Source of the DNA: Candidatus Omnitrophota bacterium
Lineage (GTDB): Bacteria; Omnitrophota; Gorgyraeia; Gygaellales; Profunditerraquicolaceae
Direction of reading: 5' to 3'
NCBI GenBank assembly: GCA_050012075.1
Contig: JBEKHW010000002.1
Location: 126,889-190,888, forward strand
DNA: 64,000 nucleotides
A program made the position numbers and the translations under genes. The notes beneath the pieces are model-generated. The model was not told where the DNA came from and made no database searches. It saw nothing but the letters and a program-made list of their open reading frames with translations. Shown in pieces: positions 1-8,932 of the stretch. Each line of letters begins with the position of its first letter. Positions within the stretch are counted from its first letter, which is position 1.

Positions 1-2
1 AG

Positions 3-677
3 ATTTTAGAGGCTGCGTATTCGGCTAAGGTTAAAAAATTTATTTGGCTAAGCAGCAATGCCGCTTATCCGCCATCGGCGGACAGGCCGGTTAGGGAAGA
101 TGAGATGTTTGATGCCGATCCATACGACGTGTATTTCGGCGTAGGGTGGATGAAGAGGTTTACTGAAATTTTGTGCCGTCTTTATTCGCAAAAACTTAAA
201 AATCCCATGCCTTGTGTTATTGTGCGGCCTTCCAATATATACGGCCCGTATGATGATTTTGATTTCGCGACTTCCCACATGATGGCGGCTACCATTAGAA
301 AGGTTATTGAAAGAAACTCTCCAATCAGGATATGGGGGACAGGTGATGATGTGCGGGACTTGATTTATATCGATGATTTTATTGATGGGTTAATTTTAGC
401 CGCCGAGAAAATTCCTCTCTTTGATTGCGTGAATGTTGCTCAAGGAAAGGCTTACAGTGTAAAAGAGATCCTGCAGGTCGCATTAGATATCGATGGATAT
501 AAAAATGCAGATATCGTATTCGATACAACCAAGCCATCGATGATCCCGGTAAGATTGATTGATGTAAGCAAAGCAGAGAAGATGTTGGGTTTTAGGGCGA
601 AAACGGACATACGGGAAGGTATTATTAAGACAATCGGCTGGTATAGGAATAGTTACAGGGCAAAAGTAAACTCTTAA
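3..677 (+). CDS. NAD-dependent epimerase/reductase, GDP-L-fucose synthase (Fcl/WcaG)-like; 5' partial, start lies upstream of window
   Basis: ORF 105-677 stays open in-frame to the window edge (ILEAAYSAKVKKFIWLSSNAAYP...). The motifs YGPYDDFDF..SH and KPSMIPVRLIDVSKAEKMLGF resemble the C-terminal half of GDP-fucose synthase family SDRs. Confidence 0.55.
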   Translation: MLEAAYSAKVKKFIWLSSNAAYPPSADRPVREDEMFDADPYDVYFGVGWMKRFTEILCRLYSQKLKNPMPCVIVRPSNIYGPYDDFDFATSHMMAATIRKVIERNSPIRIWGTGDDVRDLIYIDDFIDGLILAAEKIPLFDCVNVAQGKAYSVKEILQVALDIDGYKNADIVFDTTKPSMIPVRLIDVSKAEKMLGFRAKTDIREGIIKTIGWYRNSYRAKVNS

Positions 678-687
678 GGAGACCATC

Positions 688-1689
688 ATGATTATAACGC
701 GAACTCCTTTGCGTATTTCGTTCTTTGGCGGGGGGACAGATTACCCCGCCTGGTATAAGGAAAACGGAGGTGCAGTTTTAAATACTACCATAAATAAATA
801 TTGTTATATCAGCTGCCGCTATCTTCCGCCGTTCTTTAGCTATAAGTATCGGATAAGATATGTGGAACGCGAGGAAACGCAGACAATTGACGAGATTAAG
901 CATAATTCCGTGCGTGAATGTTTAAAATTCTTGAATATCGAGCATGGCATTGAAATGGTGCATACCAGTGATATTCCTGCGAGGTCAGGCGTTGGTTCAA
1001 GTTCTGCTTTTACTGTCGGTTTTTTACAAGCCCTGAACGCCCTTAAAGGAAGAATGGTAACCAAAAGGCAATTAGCACGGGACGCAATTAATGTAGAGCA
1101 TAATTTAATTAAAGAGAATGTAGGCTCACAGGATCAAGTTGCCGTTGCTTTCGGCGGCCTGAACAAAATAGAATTTGGAGGAGAAGGAAATGAGTTTTAT
1201 GTGAGCCCCATAACAATATCTAAAGAAAGAATAGACTTATTCCAGAGCCACCTGATGTTATTTTTTACCGGATTTTCCAGAAATGCTTCTGACATAGCAG
1301 GAGAGCAGATTAAAAAAACCCCGGTGCTAAAAAATGAACTTCATCAACTGAAAGGGATGGTAGATAAAGCGATTGATATACTTAATATTGATTCATGCGA
1401 TATCAAGGGTTTTGGCAAATTACTGCATGAGTCTTGGCAAATTAAACGCAGCCTTACGCATATGATATCTACTGATGAAATCGATACTATTTATGAAACT
1501 GCGCGCAGGGCAGGAGCCCTGGGAGGGAAGTTATTAGGCGCCGGAGGGGGAGGATTTATTCTTTTGTTTGCAGAGCCAGCTATTCAATACAAGATAAAAG
1601 AAAAGCTAAAAAATATTCTCTATGTGCCTTTTGCTTTCGAGAAATTAGGAAGCCAGGTTATTATGTATTCTACTCAGGATTTCTATTAA
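688..1689 (+). CDS. GHMP-family sugar kinase, D-glycero-D-manno-heptose 7-phosphate kinase-like (HddA-type)
   Basis: 333 aa. GHMP motif PARSGVGSSSAF and glycine-rich C-terminal motif LLGAGGGGF. RBS ggagacc sits upstream. 1-nt gap to a nucleotidyltransferase. Confidence 0.6.
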   Translation: MIITRTPLRISFFGGGTDYPAWYKENGGAVLNTTINKYCYISCRYLPPFFSYKYRIRYVEREETQTIDEIKHNSVRECLKFLNIEHGIEMVHTSDIPARSGVGSSSAFTVGFLQALNALKGRMVTKRQLARDAINVEHNLIKENVGSQDQVAVAFGGLNKIEFGGEGNEFYVSPITISKERIDLFQSHLMLFFTGFSRNASDIAGEQIKKTPVLKNELHQLKGMVDKAIDILNIDSCDIKGFGKLLHESWQIKRSLTHMISTDEIDTIYETARRAGALGGKLLGAGGGGFILLFAEPAIQYKIKEKLKNILYVPFAFEKLGSQVIMYSTQDFY

Positions 1690-1690
1690 A

Positions 1691-2395
1691 ATGAAAAATC
1701 TTGATGTTGTAATCTTATGCGGAGGCAAGGGAAAACGCCTGCAGGCATTTATTAAAGACAGGCCGAAACCCATGGCAGAGATAAATGGCCGGCCTTTTCT
1801 GGATATACTTTTTGATTATGTATCAGGTTATGGCGCTAAACGTATTATTCTCTGCGCAGGATATATGGCAGATGTTATACGCAGTTATTATCGCAATAAA
1901 AATCTGACATTTGAACTGGTCATATCGGAAGAAAAAGTCCCTCTTGGAACCGGGGGCGCAATCAGGGATTCCCAGGGATTGGTTAAAACCAGCAGTTTAT
2001 TGGTGATGAATGGAGATTGTTTCTGCCCAATAAATCTAAATAATTTTGTTGGTTTCCATGAACACAATAAAGCATTATTATCAATAGCCGTTACCGAGAC
2101 GGATAATCCAGCGGATTACGGTTCCATTCTTTTGGACAAAGATAATAAAATCATCAGGTTTGGCGAAAAAGACAACAGTGCGAAATCGTTGATTAATACC
2201 GGTATGTATCTATTCAAAAAAGATGTTTTATCATTGATTCCAAACAAGACTCCTTGTTCCCTTGAATATGATTTCTTTCCTAATCTGGTCGGGAAAGATT
2301 TTTATGGTTTTATTATACAGGAGCCTTTTATTGATATTGGGACTCCTGAGCGTTTCAAACAGGCGCAAGGATTATTAGGTAAATTGCGGAAGTAG
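1691..2395 (+). CDS. sugar-1-phosphate nucleotidyltransferase, heptose-1-phosphate guanylyltransferase-like (HddC-type)
   Basis: N-terminal VVILCGGKGKRL nucleotidyltransferase G-loop. 234 aa. Directly follows the GHMP kinase. Confidence 0.6.
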   Translation: MKNLDVVILCGGKGKRLQAFIKDRPKPMAEINGRPFLDILFDYVSGYGAKRIILCAGYMADVIRSYYRNKNLTFELVISEEKVPLGTGGAIRDSQGLVKTSSLLVMNGDCFCPINLNNFVGFHEHNKALLSIAVTETDNPADYGSILLDKDNKIIRFGEKDNSAKSLINTGMYLFKKDVLSLIPNKTPCSLEYDFFPNLVGKDFYGFIIQEPFIDIGTPERFKQAQGLLGKLRK

Positions 2396-2423
2396 TATCC
2401 GGGTTCCTATATTAGCGTATAAC

Positions 2424-3938
2424 ATGCCATTTATTACTAAAAAATTAGTCATCAAGAATTCCATTTTAAATATAAGTGGCCAATTTGTTCCTCTGCTTGT
2501 TACTTTTTTTACTGTCCCATATATTATTAGCCATCTTGGCATGGGCCGGTTTGGCGTGTTTGTCATAGTGCGCACTATTATTGACTATTTTAGCGTATTC
2601 GATTGCGGGCTCGGTACCGCCACAACTAAATTCATTGCGGATGCATTGGGTAAAGATAATAAATTAGATATTAGTAAAGTGTATTGGACCTCTGTATTTT
2701 TAATTTTTTGTTTAGGGGTTATCGGCGTATGCCTTTTTTGCATTTTTGTCCCCGCATTATCAGCCCGTTTTTTTATCGTCAGTTCTAATTTATTGCCGGA
2801 AATGTCGGCAATAGCTATCATTGCATCTCCGACTATATTATTTTTACTTGTTAAATCTGTGTTCATCGGGACGGCGCAGGCTTATCAGAGATTCGATATT
2901 GTCAATATTATTACTATACCAAATATAATCTGTTCAGCCCTCGCACCGGTTTTGGTGCTTTTTAAGGGAGGGGGCCTGAAAGAAATTATCATATGGTTGG
3001 TGATTGTAGAATTTATTTTTACTATGATTTGGTATCTGGTCAGTTTAAGGATTATTCCCGAACGTAAATTCCGAGGGTTTCTTGCTTTTTCGCCTTTTAA
3101 AGAAATCGTCATCTTTGGTTTTTGGTTACTTGTTCAAAGGATCATGAATTGGATCCAATTTAATGCCCACACCATCATAATTGGAATGCTCATTTCTGTT
3201 TCTATGGTTGGATACTACAGCGTTCCTTATTCGCTCGCCACTAAGATTGGATTAATTGGAGCTGGTATCGCCCCTGTTATTTTTCCTGCTGCGAGCCTTT
3301 TTGATGGAGTAAGCCAAGAGAAAACAAAGCGCCTATTCCATGCTTCTTTGAAATATATGATGGTATTATATGGACTGGGGTGTTTATTGTTGTTAGTATT
3401 TGCAAAGGAAATACTTATTTTGTGGGTAGGGAATGATTTTATAAAAAGTGTTTTTGTTACGCAACTTCTTGCTGTGTCGATATTCCTGGGAGGTATTTCA
3501 TGGATTTTTTCAATTTTTATCCAAATCAATAATCCACGTTTCCTATCTTTATTTTCATCTATAACGGTGCCTTGTTATCTATTTGTATTGTGGTTTCTAA
3601 CAAAGAAATTCAGTTTTAATGGTTGTGGATACGCTTGGCTCTTTTTATCTATCACAGGCACAGTTACATATGGCATTTATTTTATCAGGAAAGGATACAT
3701 TACAAGGCCGCATAAGATTGATTTGAAGCTATTATTAGGTATTCTTTGTCTCATTCCATGCCTGCTTTTAAATTTACTTATTAAGCATGTTGGAAATATG
3801 AATATACCAGTCATTTTCGGCAATATCACGATCTTAATAATTGGTTATTCTGTAGTGAGTTGGATTTTCTTTTTAGGCCAGGAGGAGAAGAGCTTTTTTG
3901 TCTTAAAAATCAAAAATTCATTGCCCTTAAATCATTAA
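2424..3938 (+). CDS. oligosaccharide flippase (Wzx/MOP family polysaccharide biosynthesis protein)
   Basis: 504 aa, very hydrophobic, about 12-14 predicted TM segments. Position in a glycan cluster next to glycosyltransferases. Confidence 0.55.
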   Translation: MPFITKKLVIKNSILNISGQFVPLLVTFFTVPYIISHLGMGRFGVFVIVRTIIDYFSVFDCGLGTATTKFIADALGKDNKLDISKVYWTSVFLIFCLGVIGVCLFCIFVPALSARFFIVSSNLLPEMSAIAIIASPTILFLLVKSVFIGTAQAYQRFDIVNIITIPNIICSALAPVLVLFKGGGLKEIIIWLVIVEFIFTMIWYLVSLRIIPERKFRGFLAFSPFKEIVIFGFWLLVQRIMNWIQFNAHTIIIGMLISVSMVGYYSVPYSLATKIGLIGAGIAPVIFPAASLFDGVSQEKTKRLFHASLKYMMVLYGLGCLLLLVFAKEILILWVGNDFIKSVFVTQLLAVSIFLGGISWIFSIFIQINNPRFLSLFSSITVPCYLFVLWFLTKKFSFNGCGYAWLFLSITGTVTYGIYFIRKGYITRPHKIDLKLLLGILCLIPCLLLNLLIKHVGNMNIPVIFGNITILIIGYSVVSWIFFLGQEEKSFFVLKIKNSLPLNH

Positions 3939-3959
3939 TGATTAGAAAAGGAACTTAAA

Positions 3960-4925
3960 ATGCTACCAGACAAAATTGACAATCAACATCCAAAATTATC
4001 AATTATAACGGTTTCCTTAAACCAGGGGAGATTTTTAAGGCAAATGATAGAGTCTGTTTTGAACCAGTCATACAGTAATTATGAGCATATTGTTGTAGAC
4101 GGGGGCTCCACAGATAAAACTATTGAAATATTAAAAGAATATCCTCATATTAAGTGGATATCTGAGAAAGATGACTCAGCGGCTGAAGCTTTTACAAAAG
4201 CGACCTCAATGTTAAAGGGTGAATATGTGATTCAATGCTGCGTATCGGATGGGTTTTTAAATAAAGACTGGTTCCGTTTGTGTGTGGAGGTGCTGGATAA
4301 TAATCATGATGTATCATTAGTTTGGGGGTTACCGCAGTATATGACTGAAGAAGGTAATCTGGAGAGGATAACAACTCCGGAATATTTTTGTGAGCCACCG
4401 CCTCAAAAAAAAGATTTTCTTGGGTTTTGGCTGGCTACGGGGCATGTAATGTATGAAGGGAATCAATGCACCCGCAGGGATGTATATGCGAGATGTTTCC
4501 CGCCAACGCTTCAGGATTGCAGGTTTAACGGTAATACTCAGTTTGATTTCGTTTATAATTTCATGACATCAGGGTATCTGCCTAATTTTGTGCCGGTCAT
4601 TGCGAATTACGGTAGGATCCACTCTGATGCGCAAGGGCATTCGGAGAAGATGAAAGCGATGGCATTGATTGCTTATAAAGGATACATGAAGGCGATTACT
4701 GAATACCGGAATAAACTTTTTAAAATGCAGATAAAACATTATTTTCGTGACAGCGCTTCGCAGGTCATTTCGGAACTTACCAAATCCGAAATCATTTCAT
4801 GCCGCAGGAGGTTTTATAAAACCAAGATGAAGGTGATTGCCAACTATTCTATTTATGAATTAATGAAATTTGTTTTAAGGAAATGCCATTTATTTAAACT
4901 GAGAAAATGGTTGAGTTCATATTAA
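3960..4925 (+). CDS. family 2 glycosyltransferase
   Basis: N-terminal LSIITVSLNQGRFLRQMIESVLNQSY...HIVVDGGSTD is a typical GT-A/GT2 signature. Confidence 0.7.
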   Translation: MLPDKIDNQHPKLSIITVSLNQGRFLRQMIESVLNQSYSNYEHIVVDGGSTDKTIEILKEYPHIKWISEKDDSAAEAFTKATSMLKGEYVIQCCVSDGFLNKDWFRLCVEVLDNNHDVSLVWGLPQYMTEEGNLERITTPEYFCEPPPQKKDFLGFWLATGHVMYEGNQCTRRDVYARCFPPTLQDCRFNGNTQFDFVYNFMTSGYLPNFVPVIANYGRIHSDAQGHSEKMKAMALIAYKGYMKAITEYRNKLFKMQIKHYFRDSASQVISELTKSEIISCRRRFYKTKMKVIANYSIYELMKFVLRKCHLFKLRKWLSSY

Positions 4926-4926
4926 T

Positions 4927-5736
4927 ATGATAGATGTTTGTAATATATTTAAAAAGCTTTATTGGCTTATGAGTGTTCAATTCGGAATTGATTTAAGAAA
5001 AACATTCCGTGCTTTTTTGGGTTTTCCACGCTATATAAGGGATTTATTCCGATTTCGTTGTAACTATCGTGGCCGCCTTAATCTCTTGCCTTGTCTACAT
5101 GATTGGACTGAAGAGGACGAAGCAACTAAGAATGAGTACTTTTGGCAGGATTTATTAGTGGCAAGATGGATTTTTAAAGCTAATCCAGTTAAGCATGTGG
5201 ATATCGGTTCGCGTGTGGATGGGTTTGTTGCCCATGTAGCCAGCTTTCGAGAAATCGAAGTGTTCGATATCAGGCCAATTACAACACCAATACCAGGCAT
5301 TATATTCAGGCAGGCCGATCTTATGAAACCTGTGGAAGGAATGGCAGGTTATTGTGATTCTCTTTCCTGTCTTCATGCGCTGGAACACTTTGGCTTGGGC
5401 CGGTATGGTGATCCGCTTGACCCTAAAGGATTTGAGCGTGGTCTAGCCAATATGGCATCTTTGTTGAAGACAGAAGGGACTTTTTATTTATCTGTTCCTA
5501 TCGGTTCCCAACGAGTTGAGTTTAATGCGCACCGAGTTTTTGATCCCCGTGTTATTTTTAATCTTGCCATTGAAAATTCGCTAAAGCTGTCCGCTCTTAC
5601 CTTGATCCGTGATGGATGGAGGTTAGAGGAGGTTTTAGCTCCCGAAGAGAGGTTTTCCGATTTAGCAGGGGAGCGTTATGCCTTAGGGGTATTCACTTTT
5701 AAAAAATTTTCTAAAGCAATCAGTCAGCCAAGTTAA
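4927..5736 (+). CDS. putative SAM-dependent methyltransferase (DUF268-like)
   Basis: 269 aa with a Rossmann-like core (VDIGSRVDGFVAHVA ... LHALEHFGLGRYGDPLDP). Recurrent in polysaccharide clusters. Assignment tentative. Confidence 0.4.
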   Translation: MIDVCNIFKKLYWLMSVQFGIDLRKTFRAFLGFPRYIRDLFRFRCNYRGRLNLLPCLHDWTEEDEATKNEYFWQDLLVARWIFKANPVKHVDIGSRVDGFVAHVASFREIEVFDIRPITTPIPGIIFRQADLMKPVEGMAGYCDSLSCLHALEHFGLGRYGDPLDPKGFERGLANMASLLKTEGTFYLSVPIGSQRVEFNAHRVFDPRVIFNLAIENSLKLSALTLIRDGWRLEEVLAPEERFSDLAGERYALGVFTFKKFSKAISQPS

Positions 5737-5755
5737 AAAAAGAAAGGTTATTACT

Positions 5756-6868
5756 ATGAATGTTCTAGTAACTGGAGGTATGGGATTTTTAGGTTCGCAT
5801 TTAGTCGATGCTTTAATTAAAAAAAATTATGAAGTAGTGAGTTTTGATAACTTAGAAAAGCAAGTTCATCAAGGTAAGAAGCCAGGGTATCTTAACAAGG
5901 GCGCCCGCTATATTATTGGCGATATGCGCAACAAAAATAAGCTAAAAAAAGCTCTAAAAAAGGCGGAAATTGTCTTTCATCAAGCAGCTATGGTAGGAGT
6001 AGGACAGTCTATGTATGAGGTTTCAAAGTATATACATTCCAATAGCTATGGAACCGCCAATCTTTTAGATATACTCGTCAACGAAAAGCATAAAGTTAGA
6101 AAACTTATTGTTGCCAGTTCTATGAGTATATATGGTGAAGGAGCTTATGAATGCAGGGATTGCGGAAAGGTTTATCCTAATCAAAGAAGCATCGCTTCCA
6201 TGAAGCAAAGAAGGTGGGAGCTGTATTGCCCTGACTGCAACCGAGAGCTCAAGCCCATTCCTACAGATGAAGATAAGCCGGTATTTCCGACTTCTATTTA
6301 TGCTTATTCTAAGAAAGAACAGGAGGATTTATCGTTATTGATAGGGAAAACCTACGGTATTCCTACGGTAGCTTTAAGATATTTTAACATATATGGGACC
6401 AGGCAATCTCTCTCAAATCCCTATACGGGAGTTTGCGCCATATTTTCAGGCATGATAAAAAATAATCACGCTCCTGTTATTTATGAAGATGGTTTACAAT
6501 CAAGGGATTTTATCAACGTTAGAGATGTCGTGGATGCAAATATCTTTGTGATGGATAATCCTAAAGCTGATTATCAGGCCTTTAATGTTGGCACCGGAAG
6601 ATCCACAACTATACTTGAAATTGCAGATTTGCTTATTAAGTTGCATAAGAAGGATTTAAGGCCTAAAGTAACAAACGGCTATAGAAAAGGCGATATTCGT
6701 CATTGCTACGCCGATATATCAAAGCTTAAAAAATTGGGTTTTGAACCAAAAATTAGCTTTGAAAAAGGAATGAAGGAACTCATAGAATGGGCAAGGTTTA
6801 TTAAGGCAAAAGATAAGGTGGAACTGGCAGATTCTAAATTAATGAATAAAGGTTTAAGGGTTATTTAA
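5756..6868 (+). CDS. NAD-dependent sugar epimerase/dehydratase (extended SDR) carrying an inserted CxxC...CxxC zinc-ribbon
   Basis: VLVTGGMGFLGSHLV Rossmann motif and catalytic YAYSK. An insertion YECRDCGKVYPNQRSIASMKQRRWELYCPDCNREL lies between strands of the SDR core. Confidence 0.65.
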   Translation: MNVLVTGGMGFLGSHLVDALIKKNYEVVSFDNLEKQVHQGKKPGYLNKGARYIIGDMRNKNKLKKALKKAEIVFHQAAMVGVGQSMYEVSKYIHSNSYGTANLLDILVNEKHKVRKLIVASSMSIYGEGAYECRDCGKVYPNQRSIASMKQRRWELYCPDCNRELKPIPTDEDKPVFPTSIYAYSKKEQEDLSLLIGKTYGIPTVALRYFNIYGTRQSLSNPYTGVCAIFSGMIKNNHAPVIYEDGLQSRDFINVRDVVDANIFVMDNPKADYQAFNVGTGRSTTILEIADLLIKLHKKDLRPKVTNGYRKGDIRHCYADISKLKKLGFEPKISFEKGMKELIEWARFIKAKDKVELADSKLMNKGLRVI

Positions 6869-6939
6869 TCAGGCCGCCAGTATATATCAAATTTTAATTT
6901 GATAATGTTAGTTAATAATAAAATTTATGAGGAGGTAAA

Positions 6940-7911
6940 ATGACGAAACAAAGGAAGATAGCTCTTGTTTGTGGGGCAGGCGGTTTTATAGGCTCCCATC
7001 TTGTTAACTTTTTGAAAAGCGAAGGCTGCTGGGTTCGTGGCGTAGATTTAAAATATCCTGAATTCAGTAAGTCATCCGCGGATGAGTTTATTATAGGAGA
7101 TCTTCGTAGCACAATTTTTTGTGAAAAAATCGTAGATAAATCTTTTGACGAAGTATATCAACTAGCAGCTGATATGGGAGGGGCAGGATATATTTTTACA
7201 GGAGAACACGATGCAGATGTTATGCATAATTCCGCGATGATTAATCTTAATATGGTTGATATAGGCAGAAGAAGAAAAGTAGGTAAGATTTTCTATTCTT
7301 CATCAGCTTGCATATACCCTTTTCATAATCAACAAGACCCTGAAAATCCTAATTGTTCTGAGAATTCAGCATATCCTGCTGCGCCTGATAGCGAATATGG
7401 TTGGGAAAAATTATTCAGCGAGCGCCTTTATTTATCATATTACCGTAATTATAAGTTAGAAGTTAGGATAGCCCGTCTTCATAATATTTTTGGCCCAGAG
7501 GGATCATGGAATAACGGAAAAGAGAAGGCGCCTGCAGCAATTTGTAGAAAAGTTGCAGAGGCCCCTGATAGTGCCTCTATAGAAATATGGGGCGATGGGA
7601 AGCAAACCAGGTCGTTTCTTTATATAGATGAATGTATAGAAGCAGTTGCGCGATTAATGAAATCTGATTTTACCGGACCAGTTAATATTGGTTCAGAGGA
7701 AATGATTTCTATTAATGGTTTAGCAAAATTAGTGATGGAAATAGCTGGTAAAAATTTGAAAATTAATAATATTCCCGGGCCCCTTGGTGTTAGGGGTAGA
7801 AGATCTGATAATGCGTTAATTTTTGAAAAGCTTAAATGGAAACCATCTATGTCGTTAAAAGATGGCCTTTCCAAAACTTATACTTGGATTTCAGATAAAG
7901 TTAAACACTAG
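6940..7911 (+). CDS. GDP-mannose 3,5-epimerase (GME)-like NAD-dependent epimerase
   Basis: Colinear motif matches to GME: GAGGFIGSH, LAADMGG-G-I, SSACIYP, YGWEKL, HNIFGPEGSWNNGKEKAPAAICRK, WGDGKQTRSF-YIDEC, KSDF-GPVNIGSEEM, IPGPLGVRGRRSDN, W-PSMSLKDGL-KTYTWI. Confidence 0.65.
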   Translation: MTKQRKIALVCGAGGFIGSHLVNFLKSEGCWVRGVDLKYPEFSKSSADEFIIGDLRSTIFCEKIVDKSFDEVYQLAADMGGAGYIFTGEHDADVMHNSAMINLNMVDIGRRRKVGKIFYSSSACIYPFHNQQDPENPNCSENSAYPAAPDSEYGWEKLFSERLYLSYYRNYKLEVRIARLHNIFGPEGSWNNGKEKAPAAICRKVAEAPDSASIEIWGDGKQTRSFLYIDECIEAVARLMKSDFTGPVNIGSEEMISINGLAKLVMEIAGKNLKINNIPGPLGVRGRRSDNALIFEKLKWKPSMSLKDGLSKTYTWISDKVKH

Positions 7912-7922
7912 GCAACTCAATA

Positions 7923-8825
7923 ATGATTATAATGAAATTACAAGGAGGTTTAGGAAATCAGCTTTTTCAATACGCAATGGGCCGCAGCCTTTCATTAAAG
8001 AAAAATACTTTAATGAAAATAGACGCGATTTCAGGGTTTAAAAATGATATTTATGGTAGAACATACTCCTTGGGGCATTTTAATATTATTGAGGATTTTG
8101 CCCAAGAGGATGAGATATCAAATATTAACAAAACAGGTTTTTATAAATATATTGATAAAATTTTAAACATAACCAAGCTGTATTATAAACGTTCGATTAT
8201 TATCGAACCGGAAAAACATCATTTTACTTATGATAAAAATTTATTACTTACGGAAGATAATATTTATTTAAATGGCTATTGGCAGAATGAAAATTATTTC
8301 GTAGATATTGCAGATACTATTCGAAAAGAATTTACATTACGGTCTACCCCCGATCCCATAAACCAAAGAATTGCGCAAGAAATAATTAACGAGAACTCGG
8401 TATCTTTACATTTACGCCGACTCCATGGTATTAGCGCTGATAGAAAAACAGTGGTTAAAGAAGCTGTTAAATTGCATGGGGCTTGTTCGCTCGAGTATTA
8501 CTATGCCGCAATTAAAGAATTAGCAGGAGTTATTAAAAACCCACATTTTTTTATTTTTTCAGATGATCATAATTGGGCACAAAAGCATATAAAAATAGAC
8601 TATCCTGTTACCTTTATTATACATAATGATGCCTCTAATGCTTATAAAGATTTATGGTTAATGACGCTATGTAAACATTATATCATAGCAAATAGCAGTT
8701 TTAGCTGGTGGGGTGCATGGTTATCAAATAATTCAAATAAGATAGTTTTTGCGCCAAAAAGGTGGGATATTCTTGATAAGCCCTGCATAGAAGATATAAC
8801 TCCACCTTCTTGGCATAGGATTTAA
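7923..8825 (+). CDS. GT11 alpha-1,2-fucosyltransferase-like glycosyltransferase
   Basis: N-terminal MKLQGGLGNQLFQYA is the hallmark GT11 (FutC/WbsJ-type) motif. 300 aa. Confidence 0.75.
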   Translation: MIIMKLQGGLGNQLFQYAMGRSLSLKKNTLMKIDAISGFKNDIYGRTYSLGHFNIIEDFAQEDEISNINKTGFYKYIDKILNITKLYYKRSIIIEPEKHHFTYDKNLLLTEDNIYLNGYWQNENYFVDIADTIRKEFTLRSTPDPINQRIAQEIINENSVSLHLRRLHGISADRKTVVKEAVKLHGACSLEYYYAAIKELAGVIKNPHFFIFSDDHNWAQKHIKIDYPVTFIIHNDASNAYKDLWLMTLCKHYIIANSSFSWWGAWLSNNSNKIVFAPKRWDILDKPCIEDITPPSWHRI

Positions 8826-8905
8826 TGAATAGTTCCTTAGTAAGCGTAATAGTACCTTGTTATAACGGAGAAAAATTTATTAAAGAAGCATTAGAGATGG
8901 ATTAA
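8825..8905 (+). pseudogene. 26-codon remnant of a family 2 glycosyltransferase N-terminus
   Basis: ATG overlapping the stop of the preceding gene encodes MNSSLVSVIVPCYNGEKFIKEALEMD*. VSVIVPCYNGEKFIKEA is the canonical GT2 N-terminal motif, but the frame ends after 26 codons. Confidence 0.45.
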
Positions 8906-8932
8906 CAGGTTAATTTAATAATAGATAATAAA

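Noticed and set aside
6884-6901. Perfect 8-bp palindrome atcaaatt-tt-aatttgat upstream of the GME-like gene
   Set aside because: It is AT-only and short, and could easily arise by chance in AT-rich spacer. There is insufficient support to call it an operator.
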